Of a stretch of DNA of 64,000 nt, positions 39,401 through 56,899 are shown one piece after another; the first letter of the stretch is position 1; each line of letters starts with the position of its first letter. The DNA is from the human T2T-CHM13v2.0 reference genome, Homo sapiens. Both the position numbers and the translations under genes were made by a program. The stretch lies in NCBI RefSeq assembly GCF_009914755.1, contig NC_060927.1. One strand, written 5' to 3'. The notes under the pieces are model-generated. The model did not search any database, was not told the origin of the DNA, and saw only the letters and a program-made list of their open reading frames with translations.

Positions 39401-42400
39401 AATGTTTTAGCCAGTAGGTAAAGCCTCCACTCATTTTTTCAAATCCTCTTGTTTTGCTGTTTTTCCCTTGCATACTTGATTTTTTGCTTTGCAATTTCCT
39501 TTCATTGAGGTCGACACTTTATTATAATTTTGTTTTCCTTCTTCATGGCAAAATGCTGATCATAACTTTATTCCAATGGAAACTTTATTGAAAAATGTCT
39601 CTTTTGAGTAAGTTTACTGCATTTTTTCTACAGTTTTAAATTGCATTAAAAAAATACCTTCTGGGCCACTTTATTTCTATTTGTACTGAATTAAGGAGTT
39701 GGAATTTTGGCCTATTTGTAGGGAGTTGTGAGACGGGGTAAGAGCATTAGTCTTCTAGGTTTTTCATCTTGAAATTCCTTCTTCTTTGTGGTCACAGAGA
39801 AAATTGCTTCCTGTAAAAATTGTGAGTCTGCATAATTTTTGTGTGTAGCTTTGTCCCCTCTGCATCTCTGAAACCAGTTTAGCATGACTTCTGCAAAAAG
39901 ACATTGTAACCTCAGTTCCATGATCTGTTGTTAAAGGAGACATGTGCTTGCATGTCAAGGTGAGCCTCTCACTTTCCATGAGGGTAGTTAGGCAGGCAAT
40001 TGTCATAAACTTCACTCCTTTGAGCCCGCCCTCTTGCCACTCTTTTTGCATCTTCTTTTATTCTCACCTGCATGGTTTCTGCCTGCATTTAACTTCCTTT
40101 ACTTTGTAATGTTTTAATCATATCTAAAAACACATATTTATAATCCGCTTTTATGGATTGGCTAAATCATAGCAGGTGTTTTTCAGTCTCACATAAAATG
40201 ACAGAATATTTAATGGACATTTTTGTTCAAAAATAATAATCCATGTCTTAGCAACCATATGGTTTAAAAGAAAAAAATATTCAAATATCTGAATAATCAA
40301 CAAATCACAATAAAATAGTTATAATTTATGTTTTACATATGAAGGCATAGATATTAATTCTATTTATATATTTATGAGAAGTTAAATAAAATAATAGCCG
40401 TAAATTCACAGAGAATTATTGTAGAAATTAAATTAAAATACTGCATAACTTATCCAAAAGATTAAGCTTTATCAATTTTTTCAAATAAAAATATATAAAT
40501 TGAAATCTATGTACATATGCACGTACACATATGCATAGCACAATATCTTGTGTGTAAGTGGTATATGCTGAATGAATATGGAAGAAACTAAGGTGTTAAA
40601 AATTTAATTACTTGTCTTCACCACTAGCTTCTTGGAGTTTAACACAATGCTCTCATAAAGTAGATATGAAATATATATTTGCTACCTGATTAAACTGAGT
40701 GACTATTTTAGTTATGACAAAATACTGGTAGTCTATACTATTTTTGCTTGCGGAATTAGCAGACTTTGTGGTAGAATAATTCATCCTGGATTAGGAGCTT
40801 TAGAAACACAGATAATGTCTGGTGAGAAAAGCTGTTCAGGAAGAGATATATCATGAATTCTCAGTCACACTGATGGTAAATGAATAATAGGAATTAACTT
40901 GCATATTTTCACAGAAATGAATAGAATTTTTATGTTTTTATATGTTAGAATTTTATAGGATGAAATTATAATGTAATTTATCTGCACATTTTCTACATTA
41001 CTTAAGGTTTTTAATGAGAATTTTATAATTACTGTGGTGAGCAGCTCAAAGTGATATTTTTGTTTCCAAAAAACAAACAAACTCATATATAATTTTAGAA
41101 CTCTGGTGGATCTGTTATCATTTATTTCTTCATTACTAATTGTATTTATAGTTCTCCACAGAAGGTACCTATTGGATTAAAATTAGTCCTTTATGCACGC
41201 AAATCTAAATATATCCTCTTAAATGGGCTTTATGCTTCTAGTTATGCAGAACATTTTCTTCATTTTTATTGGCATTATTTTATGTTAGACTATCTTAGTA
41301 TCAGAGATATTTTATAAAACAAAACAGGTTGACATCTCTTGAATTACTATTCCGTGTGTGTGTGTGCATGTGTGCATACACTTGTGTTCTATAGTAAGGC
41401 ATTAGAATTTCAAACATAAATGTATGAAAATGATCATGGTAATTATTTCCCAAGTCATGAAGGGCATAAGATGGGATAATTCTCTTCTCTTTGGAGGAAG
41501 AAGATTTCCTTATTAATCTCTTTTTTCTTAATCATGAAGTATGTCAATTAAGCAGTAAGTTGAGTCTCCCACTATATTCTGTGTTATCTATTTTCTTCAG
41601 ATATTATAAATCACTTGTGTCAGAATTACTAAGGTGCTTACTAAAAATGCCTATTCTGAGCATCTCTCCAATTGAACACTTGCCAACTCCAAGATGAACC
41701 AGGTATTGGAATCATCAGAAATAAACTTTAAAGTAGCTTTAACCATGTTCTGTAGAGTAAAAGTTTTTGAAATGAAGGAAAATATACATTTCTTCAGATA
41801 AATAGAAATAGAGATACAAATGAAAGCTTTATAACTGGAAAACACAGTATCTTAAATAAAAATGTACACAGAATGGGCTTAATAGGAGAACGTCAATAAC
41901 ATAAAAGAATCAGTGAACTTCATGGTATGTCAATACATCTAACCCAAGCTGAAGAACAAGGAGAAAAAATAAATAAAAATGAACAGAGTCTAAACATCCT
42001 CTGAGATCATATCAAAATATGTAATGCTTTTGTCATTGGAGTTTCAGAAAGAGAGAAGACAGAGATTGGTATAGAAAAAAAGTTTAAAAAATAATGGTGA
42101 ACAACTTCCCAACTTAGGTAAAAGACATAAATTTACAGATCCAAGATTAATGAACACCAAACAGTACTCAAAGAAAACCACTTCCAGATATATTATATGC
42201 ATGCTACAAGTCAAAGTAATAAAATCTTACAAGTAACAAAAAAAGAAGAAAAGGGACACATTACATATATTAGAACAACAATTCAAATGAGTGAATATTT
42301 CTTACCAAAAATTGTTTACCCATAGCAAAACAACATTTTTAAAGTACTGAACAAAATAAATGTCAATCCAGAATGTCACATGCACCAGAAATATTTTTGA

Positions 42401-42521
42401 TGAATAACAGCAAGACAAAGACATTATAAATACAGAAAAATAATAAAGATGGTATAGTTATGTTTCAAGAAAGATTAGAGGAGTTCTCCAGGCAGAAAAA
42501 CATGAAGGAATATTTCCTTTA

Positions 42522-43000
42522 TGTTGGGAGCAAGCCCCCCCAAAATCCGGCCATAAACTGGCCCCCAAACTGGCCATAAGCAAAATCTCTACAGCACTGT
42601 AACATGTCCATAATGGCCTTAATGCCCAAGCTGAAAGGTTGTGGGTTTACGGGAATGAGGGCAAGGAACACCTGGGCGCCCAGGGCAGAAAACCGCTTAA
42701 AGGCATTCTTAAGCCACAAACAGTAGCATGAGCGATTTATGCCTTAAGGGCATGTTCCTGCTGCAATTAATTCGGCCCATCCCTTCGTTTCCCATAAGGG
42801 ATATTTTAGTTAATTTGACACCTATAGAAACTGCTAATGACTGGTTTGCTGTTAATAAATATGTGGGTAAATCTCTGTTCGGGGCTGTCAGCTCTGAAAC
42901 CCCTGATTTCTCACTTCACACTTCTATATTTTTGTGTGTATTTCTTTAATTCCTCTAGCGCCGCTGGGTTAGGGTCTCCCCAACGGAGCTGGTCTCAGCA
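42522..43000 (+). mobile_element. Solo MER9 LTR (HERV-K HML-3) with 6-bp TSD CCTTTA
   Basis: tgttgggagcaagcccccc...gagctggtctcagca; CCTTTA at 42516-42521 and 43001-43006, the TSD length typical of betaretroviruses. Confidence 0.92.
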
Positions 43001-43108
43001 CCTTTATACCAAAAGACATGTGGAACTTTGCAAGTGAAGAAAGAACAACAGAATGTTACTATCCAGGAAACTATGACAAATTATTTTTTCCCTTACATTT
43101 TAAACATA

Positions 43109-43448
<340 letters not shown>

Positions 43449-45518
43449 CTATTTGTTCCCATATTAATATATGTGGATACAGTAATTGACTACATCTGCC
43501 AAAGCAGAGGAGTAAAAGGACCTGCATGATTAAAAAAACTAAACATTTTACCCAAAATGGTCAAATGTTAAATGTGTATAGACAGTGATAGGTTAGGTAA
43601 GCATCTTGTAGTCTAAAGAGTCACTACAACAGACATAACACAAAGAGACATAGGTAAAAACGTAATAGTTAAATTTAAATGGATTGATAAAAATATTCAA
43701 ATAATTTAAAAGAAGAGAAAAAGAAGAAAAAGGAACAACTGTTACAAGGAAGAAGCAGAAAACAAATCATAAAATGATCAAACTAAAGCCAGTCTTACCA
43801 ATAATTTTATTCAATGTTACTCTCCCAAACACACTAACTAAAAAGTAGATTTAAAATGAAACTAAACTATATGTGTATATAAGAAACCCATTTTAAATTT
43901 GGAGTCTTAGATAAGTTAATGGTAAAGAGATGGAGAATTATATAGCAAGAGAATGTTAATTATAGTAAACATGGAAAGGCTATATTGGTATCAGACAAAG
44001 TAAACTTTAGAACAAAGAAAATTATCAGATATAAACAGTGTCATTGCATAATGATAGAAGATCAACCCTCCAAGAAGCCAATATAATCATAAATATGTGT
44101 TAATATAACAAACTAATTTAAAAATACATATAATAAAAATGAATATAAATAACAATAGAAATAAACAAGTACATAATTATACATGGAGACATCAACACTC
44201 CTATCTCAGCAATTGTTAGAACAAGCCCATAAAATATAAAGAAGGATATAAAATGTTTAAATAATACTATGGAAAAATTTGACCTGAAATTTATAAATTG
44301 TTCGACCCCATATCAGAATGCATTTTTTTAAGCCACCAAGATAGATCATATGCTATGTCATAAAACAAACTATAATTGATTTAAAATAATGCAAATCATA
44401 CAAATACATCATCTGATTTAAATAACATTTAAAAACTAATGATAGATAGATATCTGAAAAATCATCAAATATTTGAAGATGAAGAAACATATTTCAAAAT
44501 AACTCATAGGCCACGTAGGAAGTCTCAAGAAAAATGTGAAACTATTTTGAACAAAAAGAATATTTAATCTACAATGTATCAAAATTTTTGGGACTTTGCT
44601 AAGGAAGTGCTTGCAGGGAAATTAATATCATTAAATTCTTATATTACAAGAGAAGAAATAATTCAAGGTTTTCCTCTTCTTAGGAAAATCAACGAATTCA
44701 AAAGCTTGGTTTTTCAAAAGTTTAACAAAATGGATAACGTTCTAGTCATTCTAATAAAATTTGTATCAAACAAAGATACGAATTACCAATAGCAGGAGTG
44801 AACTGGGGATAATAGTACATTCGCTACAGATATGAGTAATAAGGAATACTACAAAATGTTAAGCTTATAAATTAAACACATTAGTTTAAAAAACAATTTT
44901 TGAAAGGCATAAACTATAAAAATTCACTCAAAAAGAAAGAAATAATTTGTATAGCTCTATATCTATAAAAGTACTGACATTAGTAGGTGAAAACCATCCA
45001 TTAAGAAAAATTATCACAAATGATTTAATAGCTAATGCTCTCAAACATTTAATGAAGAAAAAATGCCTATTCTACACAACGTCTTCCAGAAGAGAAAAAC
45101 ATCTCCAAACGTATTTTATGAAGGCAGAAGTTAAGCTGATACTAAAACAAGAAAAATATATTTCCAGAAATGTAGCTTACAGACTAATAACCTTCATGAT
45201 CAAGAATCAGAGTCTTTCTCTCAGATTTTTAAACCTGGCCTTAAGAAAAGACAGTGTCTTTCTGTTGATTTACTTTGTGAGACCTGAGCCTGGCTGTAAT
45301 CGGTGGCCTTGTTCTCCATCTCACACCCATTTGTAGATGTTTTGAAGAAGAGAAAGAATGGCCTAGCAGCAGAGGACAGAGTTTAAAAGTTGGAAAGTCC
45401 TCTTGAAATTCTAATTATTCCTAGAGTTTAGCAATCCTTATGCCCTTCCTGGGGTTTATTTACAAGTCAATACATTTCCTTGTTTTGAAAGTCGGAGCCA
45501 AAAGTTGTTATTATATCT

Positions 45519-45816
45519 TGTTAAAATAATTAATTAGGAGGCCTCATAAGCATTTACTCAATGTAAGTAGTAAAAGAAAACATAAGCTTAACAAATCAGA
45601 AACCACCAATTTAACTTCTAATTCAGTAGTGACTTTCCAGTTTAGACAATCAAATATTTTATTTGTCTTGCTTCATAGAAATTTTATAAAAGTTTTTCTC
45701 CCACGCCCCCTCAATGGATCTCTGAACCACTTGCAGTTTGGCACTGACCCATTCATGAATCACTGTCTCAAATAAACTCATTAAAGTTTGAATGCACCTA
45801 AGATTATCTTTTAATG
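45519..45816 (+). mobile_element. ERV1-class solo LTR (MER57/LTR54-like)
   Basis: Starts tgttaaaataattaattaggaggcc; attcatgaatc...caaataaactc...ttatcttttaa near the end. Confidence 0.6.
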
Positions 45817-46199
45817 CTGTAATTCATATATTGACTAATATTCCCATCTTACACTACCTTACCAACCACTTAACCAGTACTTGGGTTACTCTGCAGATTT
45901 TGAGAGTGGATCATCACTTAGGATATATTTTATCTTTTCTGACATAATTCCATTTTGTTTCTGTGAAGAGTTCCCTATTTCAAGTGTTCTCTGCAAGGTC
46001 TGATCACTTACAGAAGCTTTCCTTTTGACACTTTATAAGTCTTCTGCATATTATAATTATTTGTGATTTTTTTATTATTAACATAAATGAAAAAAACAAA
46101 GCTATCCATTTCTAGCCAAAGTCATTTTTTAAACATTTTTTTCTAGGTCCACTGAGATATTAAAAATGTCTTGTCATCCATGAAAAAATAAGATAAAAT

Positions 46200-46380
46200 A
46201 TTAAAAGACTAGACCAATAAGAAAAAAAATCTGTAAAGTTGGAGGATACAAAATCAACATACAAAAAGCAGTAGTGTTCCTATACACTAACAACAAATTA
46301 TTAAAAAAAAAGAAAACAATATTATTTAGAATACCATCCATCTCCAAAAAATAACATACTTAGGAATAAATTTAACCAAG
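46200..46380 (+). mobile_element. L1 ORF2 fragment
   Basis: aaagttggaggatacaaaatcaacatacaaaaagcagtagtgttcctatacactaacaac encodes the KV-GYKINIQK region. Confidence 0.75.
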
Positions 46381-46393
46381 ATGATTTAGCCAA

Positions 46394-46455
46394 GATTCTC
46401 TTGCCTTGACCTCCCGAAGTGATAGAATTACAGGTATGAACCGCCACATCTAGCC
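46394..46455 (-). mobile_element. Short Alu left-arm fragment
   Basis: gccttgacctcccgaagtgatagaattacaggtatgaaccgccacatctagcc. Confidence 0.7.
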
Positions 46456-47723
46456 CAGTTGATAGTTTTTTCTCAGTGTACCTCAATTTTTGATCCATGG
46501 TCCACTGCTCATGAAATAACCCCAAATCAGTAATTTGCAAGTTGGTAGTTCAAGGGCCTTGGAATTTCTGCCCAGCAGGGAATTCCTCTGATGTGAAGTC
46601 GTCACTTCGTGGAACCCCCTTGGGCTGGCAGAGACGTCAGGTCTGCATTACAGTGGCACTGCTCCCCTTCACCGATTCTGTGTTCTTCCTCTCCTTCTGT
46701 AAGTTCTACTTCACAATAAAACTCTTGAAGTAACTCTGAGTTCAATATTTCCTTCCCATAGGCCATATTTAAAGTGAATAATACTTACTAGCTGCCAAGA
46801 ATTATATTTCATCTGGTTTTGCGTATTCATGGAATTCCCAATGGCTTGATTGAATTGAACCCCCAAATAACAATATATTTCATTGGTCTCTCGTTGAGAC
46901 CGTGCTAGCATGATGTGTAAAATCATCTCTAAAGTATGAAAATAGGAGTTAAAGATGTTATTTGGAAATAAACAACTGTGTAAGATTTCTAATAACTTTT
47001 GGTGCTCCACATTTTTTCCTCATCTGCAGATTAGCTATTACTTAGCATAGTTTGGAAAGTATTTCATTACACAAAATTGCTTAGTAAAATATTTTCCTTT
47101 GGGTAAGGTCAGGAAATTAATCATGTTTTTCCAAAATGTCTGGGTCTTCTCTTACCATATACTGTTTGTTTAGCTATCAGGAAAAAAAAGATAGAAAAAA
47201 TGTAGTGGATTTTATTTTAAAATAAAATAGCAGGCTAAGTATAAGGCTGAACCTTATACTTAAAAAACCGAACGTTATTAATTAAAATTGAGTCTGAGTT
47301 TAAAAATATTATGCGGAACAATTAATAACCAGAAACAGAAATGTCTTTTCTAGTCATTAAACAAATGAATTTATGGATACTGATTCTTTAGTTTTCATAC
47401 ACCAATTTTTAATATTATATAATTAATGATTTTTCCAAATTATAAAAATAATCTTATATTTTGTCAGAATTTTTAGATTGCTTTAATAATATGAAGATGT
47501 CATCACTCAATAAATATAATTGAACTAATGCTTGATAAATACATATATATTTGATACAAACTAGCAAATCAATCAAAAAATATTTATAATTGCAAATATA
47601 TTTATCAACTTTACCAGATGTCTTGACTTTGGCTACTTGTATTGAAATCTAAATATTTGCTATTTCACATCTCTCGTATTAACATATTCATTATAATTTG
47701 AAGAGGATCTCTCAGAAAAGTAT

Positions 47724-47826
47724 TGAAGGAGTTTGGAACATGCTACCACAAAATATGCCACTCTAGCATATTGACTACTTTGAGTTATAGGCACTTAAAA
47801 AGCAGTAGGTTCAAGAAGATCTCTTT
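47724..47826 (+). mobile_element. MER34-family LTR, 5' part, split by the L1 insertion
   Basis: tgaaggagtttggaacatgctaccacaaaatatgccactctagcatattgactactttgag. Confidence 0.75.
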
Positions 47827-48082
47827 ATTTATTTATTTATTTTTTTGGACTTTAAGTTTCATTTATTTCTTTTTTTTTTTATACTTTAAGTTTTAGGGTA
47901 CATGTACACATTGTGCAGGTTAGTTACATATGTATACATGTGCCATGCTGGTGTGGTGCACCCACTAACTTGTCAACTAGCATTAGGTATATCTCCCAAT
48001 GCTATCCCTCCCCCATCCCCCCACACCACAACAGTCCCCAGAGTGTGATGTTCCCCTTCCTGTGTCCATGTGATCTCATTGT

Positions 48083-50765
<2,683 letters not shown>

Positions 50766-50769
50766 CTAT

Positions 50770-51330
50770 GTGAAAAGACCAAATCTACGTCTGATTGGTG
50801 TACCTGAAAGTGATGGGGAGAATGGAACCAAGTTGGAAAACACTCTGCAGGGTATTATCCAGGAGAACGTCCCCAATCTAGCAAGGCAGGCCAATGTTCA
50901 GATTCAGGAAATACAGAGAACGCCACAAAGATACTCCTCGAGAAGAGCAACTCCAAGACACATAATTGTCAGATTCACCAAAGTTGAAATGAAGGAAAAA
51001 ATGTTAAGGGCAGCCAGAGAGAAAGGTCGGGTTACCCTCAAAGGGAAGCCCATCAGACTAACAGTGGATCTCTCGGCAGAAACCCTACAAGCCAGAAGAG
51101 AGTGGGGGCCAATATTCAACATTCTTAAAGAAAAGAATTTTCAACCCAGAATTTCATATCCAGCCAAACTAAGCTTCATAAGTGAAGGAGAAATAATATA
51201 CTTTACAGACAAGCAAATGCTGAGAGATTTTGTCACCACCAGGCCTGCCCTAAAAGAGCTCCTGAAGGAAGCACTAAACATGGAAAGGAACAACCAGTAC
51301 CAGCCGCTGCAAAATCATGCCAAAATGTAA
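50770..51330 (+). pseudogene. L1 ORF1p RRM and C-terminal domain, N-terminally truncated, in the inverted segment
   Basis: KRPNLRLIGVPE, REKG, ARREW, YPAKLS and terminal QNHAKM. Confidence 0.93.
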
Positions 51331-51393
51331 AGACCATCGAGACTAGGAAGAAACTGCATCAACTAATGAGCAAAATAACCAGCTAACATCATA

Positions 51394-52554
<1,161 letters not shown>

Positions 52555-52555
52555 T

Positions 52556-52941
52556 AAAGCAGGAGACAAATTTCCCATATGAGAGTTGCCTTCCCTGTAC
52601 CAGCAGAAATTGAGGTCAAGGGAAATTTGTACAAACAAACCTTGTTAGACTAACCCTTATCTTCCTAGTCACTTCTCTATTTAATGAATTACCCTAGCCC
52701 AAGCCTCTTTGCCTTGTCCCATTTTCAAAATTTACTCGTATTTTTCCAATGCAGTATGTAAGTATCCAATTCTAACTGCATACTTCGATCTTCATTTCCT
52801 TATAAAGGTTCCCATGCCACAAAACTTGTATTAAGTAAATCTGTATGCTTTTTTCCTGTTGATGGGTATTATGTCAATTTAATTCTCAGGCTTAGCCAAA
52901 TAACTCTAAGGAAGTATAGGTAAAGTCTTTCCTCCCCTAAA
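52556..52941 (+). mobile_element. MER34-family LTR, 3' part
   Basis: Resumes after the TSD; aaacttgtattaagtaaatctgtatgctttt...tgtcaatttaattctcagg...ttcctcccctaaa. Confidence 0.75.
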
Positions 52942-53574
52942 ATAAAATAGAGTTAATTTTATAATAAATAAAGTCTGTCTTTACATTTTGGGATATCTTA
53001 ACAAAAATGTTTGTATAATAAAACTAAAATCTGTCATAAATATTTTAACATTATATGGTGTTTTTTCACATTAAGTTCATCCACTTACAACTTTTTTTCA
53101 TTTCATGATGGCAAAGTACAAATGATACATTTGAAGATTTATCTTTGTTTAAAACCTAATAAATATTTATTGTTTTATAATGCAACACAATTTCACTTCA
53201 TGGAAGTACTTAATTATTTCAACCTAGAAAGTTCCCTAAAAGAAAGTTTTGTCATGTTGTGTTACATTTACTAACATTAAATGCATGCATACATTGAAAA
53301 GCTTAAAATACTTTTCCTTTATTTCAACCTCTTATATACTAGTTCATTGTATTTCAGCACATCTACTTGTTAAATTTGCTATTATAAGAAGGATATATCC
53401 TTATTGCATTTTTCTTCGCAGATTCTAGCATAATCATTTGGACTTAGCAGGCACAGTAGGGATTTGGAGAATTATTAATTCAAGTCCTCTAAGATTTCCC
53501 TAGAACTTGCTAGGTACCATGAAATATAAAGGTAATGACCATGTTAGGTCGGCTGTTATTTTGTTTGTTCCTTA

Positions 53575-54013
53575 CTGGAAAAGATGGCACTGTTTCCCCT
53601 CCCCCTTTGAATCTGGGATAGATTTGTTATTTGCTTTCAACAGTACAAAGTGATAGAAGTGACAATGGGAGTTCTGGAGCCTTGACTTCCAGAGGTTTTG
53701 CAGCTTCCATCTTCACCCTCTTGAATGTTGCCTTATGTCATCATCTTAAGAAACCAGTCTAGCTTACTGGAGGATGAGAATGCATACAGAACTGACATCC
53801 TCCTGGCAGTCAGCTAGTACACATTAACAAACATATGCATGAGGCCATCTTGAACCTTCTAGCCAAGCTAGAATGAGGCTCATGTCTGAGACCAGGAGAG
53901 ACCAACAAAAGAATCTCTTAGGTAACCTACAGAATTATGAGAAATCATACATTGTCATTTTAGGCTGCTAAGCTTTAGGATTGTTTGTTATGCAGCAATG
54001 GCTAATTGATGCA
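53575..54013 (+). mobile_element. MLT1F/G/H-like MaLR LTR
   Basis: cccctttgaatctggg, agaagtgac, ttttgcagcttcc, terminal gtttgttatgcagcaatggctaattgatgca. Confidence 0.75.
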
Positions 54014-55199
54014 ATTGTTAACAAAAGAGTAAGTGCAATAATTTAAGAAAAAAAGAATTATCTAGATTAACTATATATAAAAAAGATGAGCTGGCATAAC
54101 ACTGTAACGAGTATATAGTTCTCAAAGGGAATGTAAAAAGAAGAGGCCAGATAAAAATACACATTGTTTTAAGATAGAGAGTGTGTTAACTGAGTAAAGT
54201 TGAGGCAGTTCACATAAAACTTACATTTTCATCATTGATATATTGATATAATTGTATGGGTATAAACTTATACACATGTATAATTATAGACCCATATATT
54301 TTCATATATATATATATAGTGTGTGTATGTATATGAATAATGATAATCACACACACAAGAAAACACTGTTAAAAATTATGCTGAGGTATGCATTCATTAT
54401 TTGGCCTTCTGAATACTAAAGACAGAGACAAATAAATGCTTTTGTTCAAATGTTAAGATTGAAGCTAATTTTTAACTTGATTACATTGTAAAGTATATTT
54501 CTAACTGTGAGTCATGGTCAACATATATCAGTGACTTATTATAAATGGCGATACAAATGGTACATAAGTTTGTAAGATGTTTAGCAAATGAAAAGAGAAG
54601 AAAATGGAAATTACCAGGAAAGAACGAGTACTAGAATGAAGAGTGTTCACAACACTTACTTTGTATTATGCACTTTCTGTCTTCCAGTTGCAATGCCAGG
54701 CACTCTTTATACATTTTTTCTAAGTGTCCAAAAACATTATGAAATATGCATTGTTAATTCTATACTATATGTGAAAAAACTGAAAGAGATATTTCATACT
54801 TGTTAAATGGTCAAAACTGTATAAAGTGGAAAAACCTCAATATCACATACAACAACACTGAACATAAACCATTTTCAATTCAGACATCATTAAAAATTCA
54901 AAGAATGTGCCATAAGGAAACAGTTGATGAAAATGGAACTCACTCTACAATATCTTCTACTCCACCATTAGTATTTAATAGTTTCACAGCTGAAAGTACT
55001 GGGAAATTATCTTGAAGAAATATGTCAAAAACATAAGTTCTGATGTTTTAAATAATAAAATGTTAATATTTTCATGTTTTATAAAATTTTATATTTATTT
55101 ATCATTTGCTAAATATTTCTTCTATGATAGTAGACACAATTTTGGCTTCTGCTTCAGCTTAATTTTGATTTTAAAACTTGGTCTTTTGCCAAGATTATA

Positions 55200-55440
55200 A
55201 CACCAAGCACCGATATAACACTTACTGTGTGCCAAACATTGTTCTAGGCATTTAATACATATTAACTTAACATAACAAAGCTCTAAGAGGTAATTACTGC
55301 TACTATTGACATTATTTGTTAAGAAAACAGAGGTAGGAAAAGGTGAAAAAATTACTAAATTGAAACAGCTAGTAAGTAATGGAACCAAATTACACCAAGC
55401 CTGCTCGGAACCAAAACACTGACTGTCTGCTCCATTCACA
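55200..55440 (-). mobile_element. MIR SINE
   Basis: cacttactgtgtgccaaacattgttctaggcattt...aagaaaacagaggt...cagctagtaagtaatggaacc. Confidence 0.8.
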
Positions 55441-55578
55441 CTCTAGCCAAAATTCCAAAGTACACGTAATGAGTCTTTCCTTCATTATGACAGATTTTTT
55501 AATACAATTTTATTTTCTATCCTATTTTACTTCTAGTTTATTCTATTGATAAATGCCAGTCATAATTCTTTAAAGTAC

Positions 55579-55965
55579 TGTATTAGTTTTCTAGACTGCT
55601 ATAGCAAATTACCACAAACAAGGTACCTTATAACAAGAAAAATGTATTCTGTCACAGTTCTGGAGTCTGGAAGAACTGTGACTGTTGGAGAGGCCATGCT
55701 ACTTTTGAAGCCTCTCCAGGCTCTGGTAGTTCCAGTCATACTTTGGTTTGTAGCAGTACAACTGTAATCTTTGCCTCTGTCTTCACCTGGCTGTCTTCCC
55801 TCTATGTGTTTATGTCTTTTTGATCCCACCCTAATGACCTTGTATAACTTGATTATATCTGCAAAAACCCTACTTCCAAACAATGTTACATTCACAGATA
55901 TGGGGTGGGAGTGGTGCTTAGCAGTTCAAAATATCTTTTTGGGGGGCATGATACAACTCTCAACA
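55579..55965 (-). mobile_element. MLT1A/C-like MaLR solo LTR
   Basis: tgtattagttttctagactgctatagcaaattaccacaaac...atctgcaaaaaccctacttccaaacaatgttacattcaca...caaca; flanks agtac/actac are a 4-of-5 TSD match. Confidence 0.82.
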
Positions 55966-56024
55966 ACTACTTATATATGGGTCTCAATATATTTTAAAAA
56001 CACAGCCTTGTACCATGTTCTCAA

Positions 56025-56195
56025 GCAGTGGTATTCTTAAACTTCGGAGAAAAATAGCAGAGGTAGTTCACATATTATATTGAATGTTTCTAAAAATCAT
56101 ATTAATGATTTTAAAATCTCATAGATCATCAAAATTACCTGAGGGCCTCTTAAGCATATGTCTTTCTATCTTATACACACAGACACAAGCAGAAA

Positions 56196-56232
<37 letters not shown>

Positions 56233-56336
56233 TGCTGAAGCCACCAGAGGCTTACTGAATCACGATTTCCAGATATTTACATTTTAAAGATATTTCCCAA
56301 ATGATTGTTTGTCCAAACAGGTTTGGAAGCCATTGC
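56025..56336. mobile_element. MER5-like hAT MITE containing (AC)16 at 56197-56228
   Basis: cagtggtattcttaaactt...aaattacctgaggg...tactgaatca...tcccaaatgatt...ggtttggaagccattg. Confidence 0.55.
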
Positions 56337-56899
56337 CTTAAAAAACTTGGAGATATTTAATGAAGGAGATAGATGTGTTAAACTTAAGGCCAAAATACAT
56401 CTTCTCCTTTGATGTGTTCTTGCAGCAATCCTGCTAAGCTGAGTGGTGAACACAAAATAACAAGGCAGAAACATTGGATCATTGACTTCAGGTATAGCCA
56501 AGGGAAGACTAAAGGCTGTCAAATGCAAACGTCTGCATTTTTTTTATCTTCGATCTCCAGTTTTTCAGAAATTCCACTGACCAGAAATTATATGCTATTG
56601 CCGAGAAATAGTAATGATATTTGAAGGAATTTTAAAAACCAGTCTAAATATATTTCCTTTCTTAAAACAACATACAATGTTTTTTATTATGAGGTGTTGT
56701 TTGTTCAGTTTCCTTCTACATGTAGCCTCTGAACACAAGGAATAAAAAAAGATCATTTCTTCATAAAACTTAACAAGAACTATCTTTCTTTTTCTTGTCC
56801 ATTTCAAAATATTATATAAAAATATAGGAATAAATTGTTTAGTTAAAAACTCAAATAAGAAAGAAGAGCTCATCTATAGGGGTCCACTGTAAACAATAT

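Noticed and set aside
46500-46910. Possible additional LTR remnant with AATAAA at about 46715
   Set aside because: I could not assign a family, termini or TSD with confidence.
54245-54300. Imperfect AT-rich hairpin
   Set aside because: Low-complexity TA-rich tract with gaps and mismatches.
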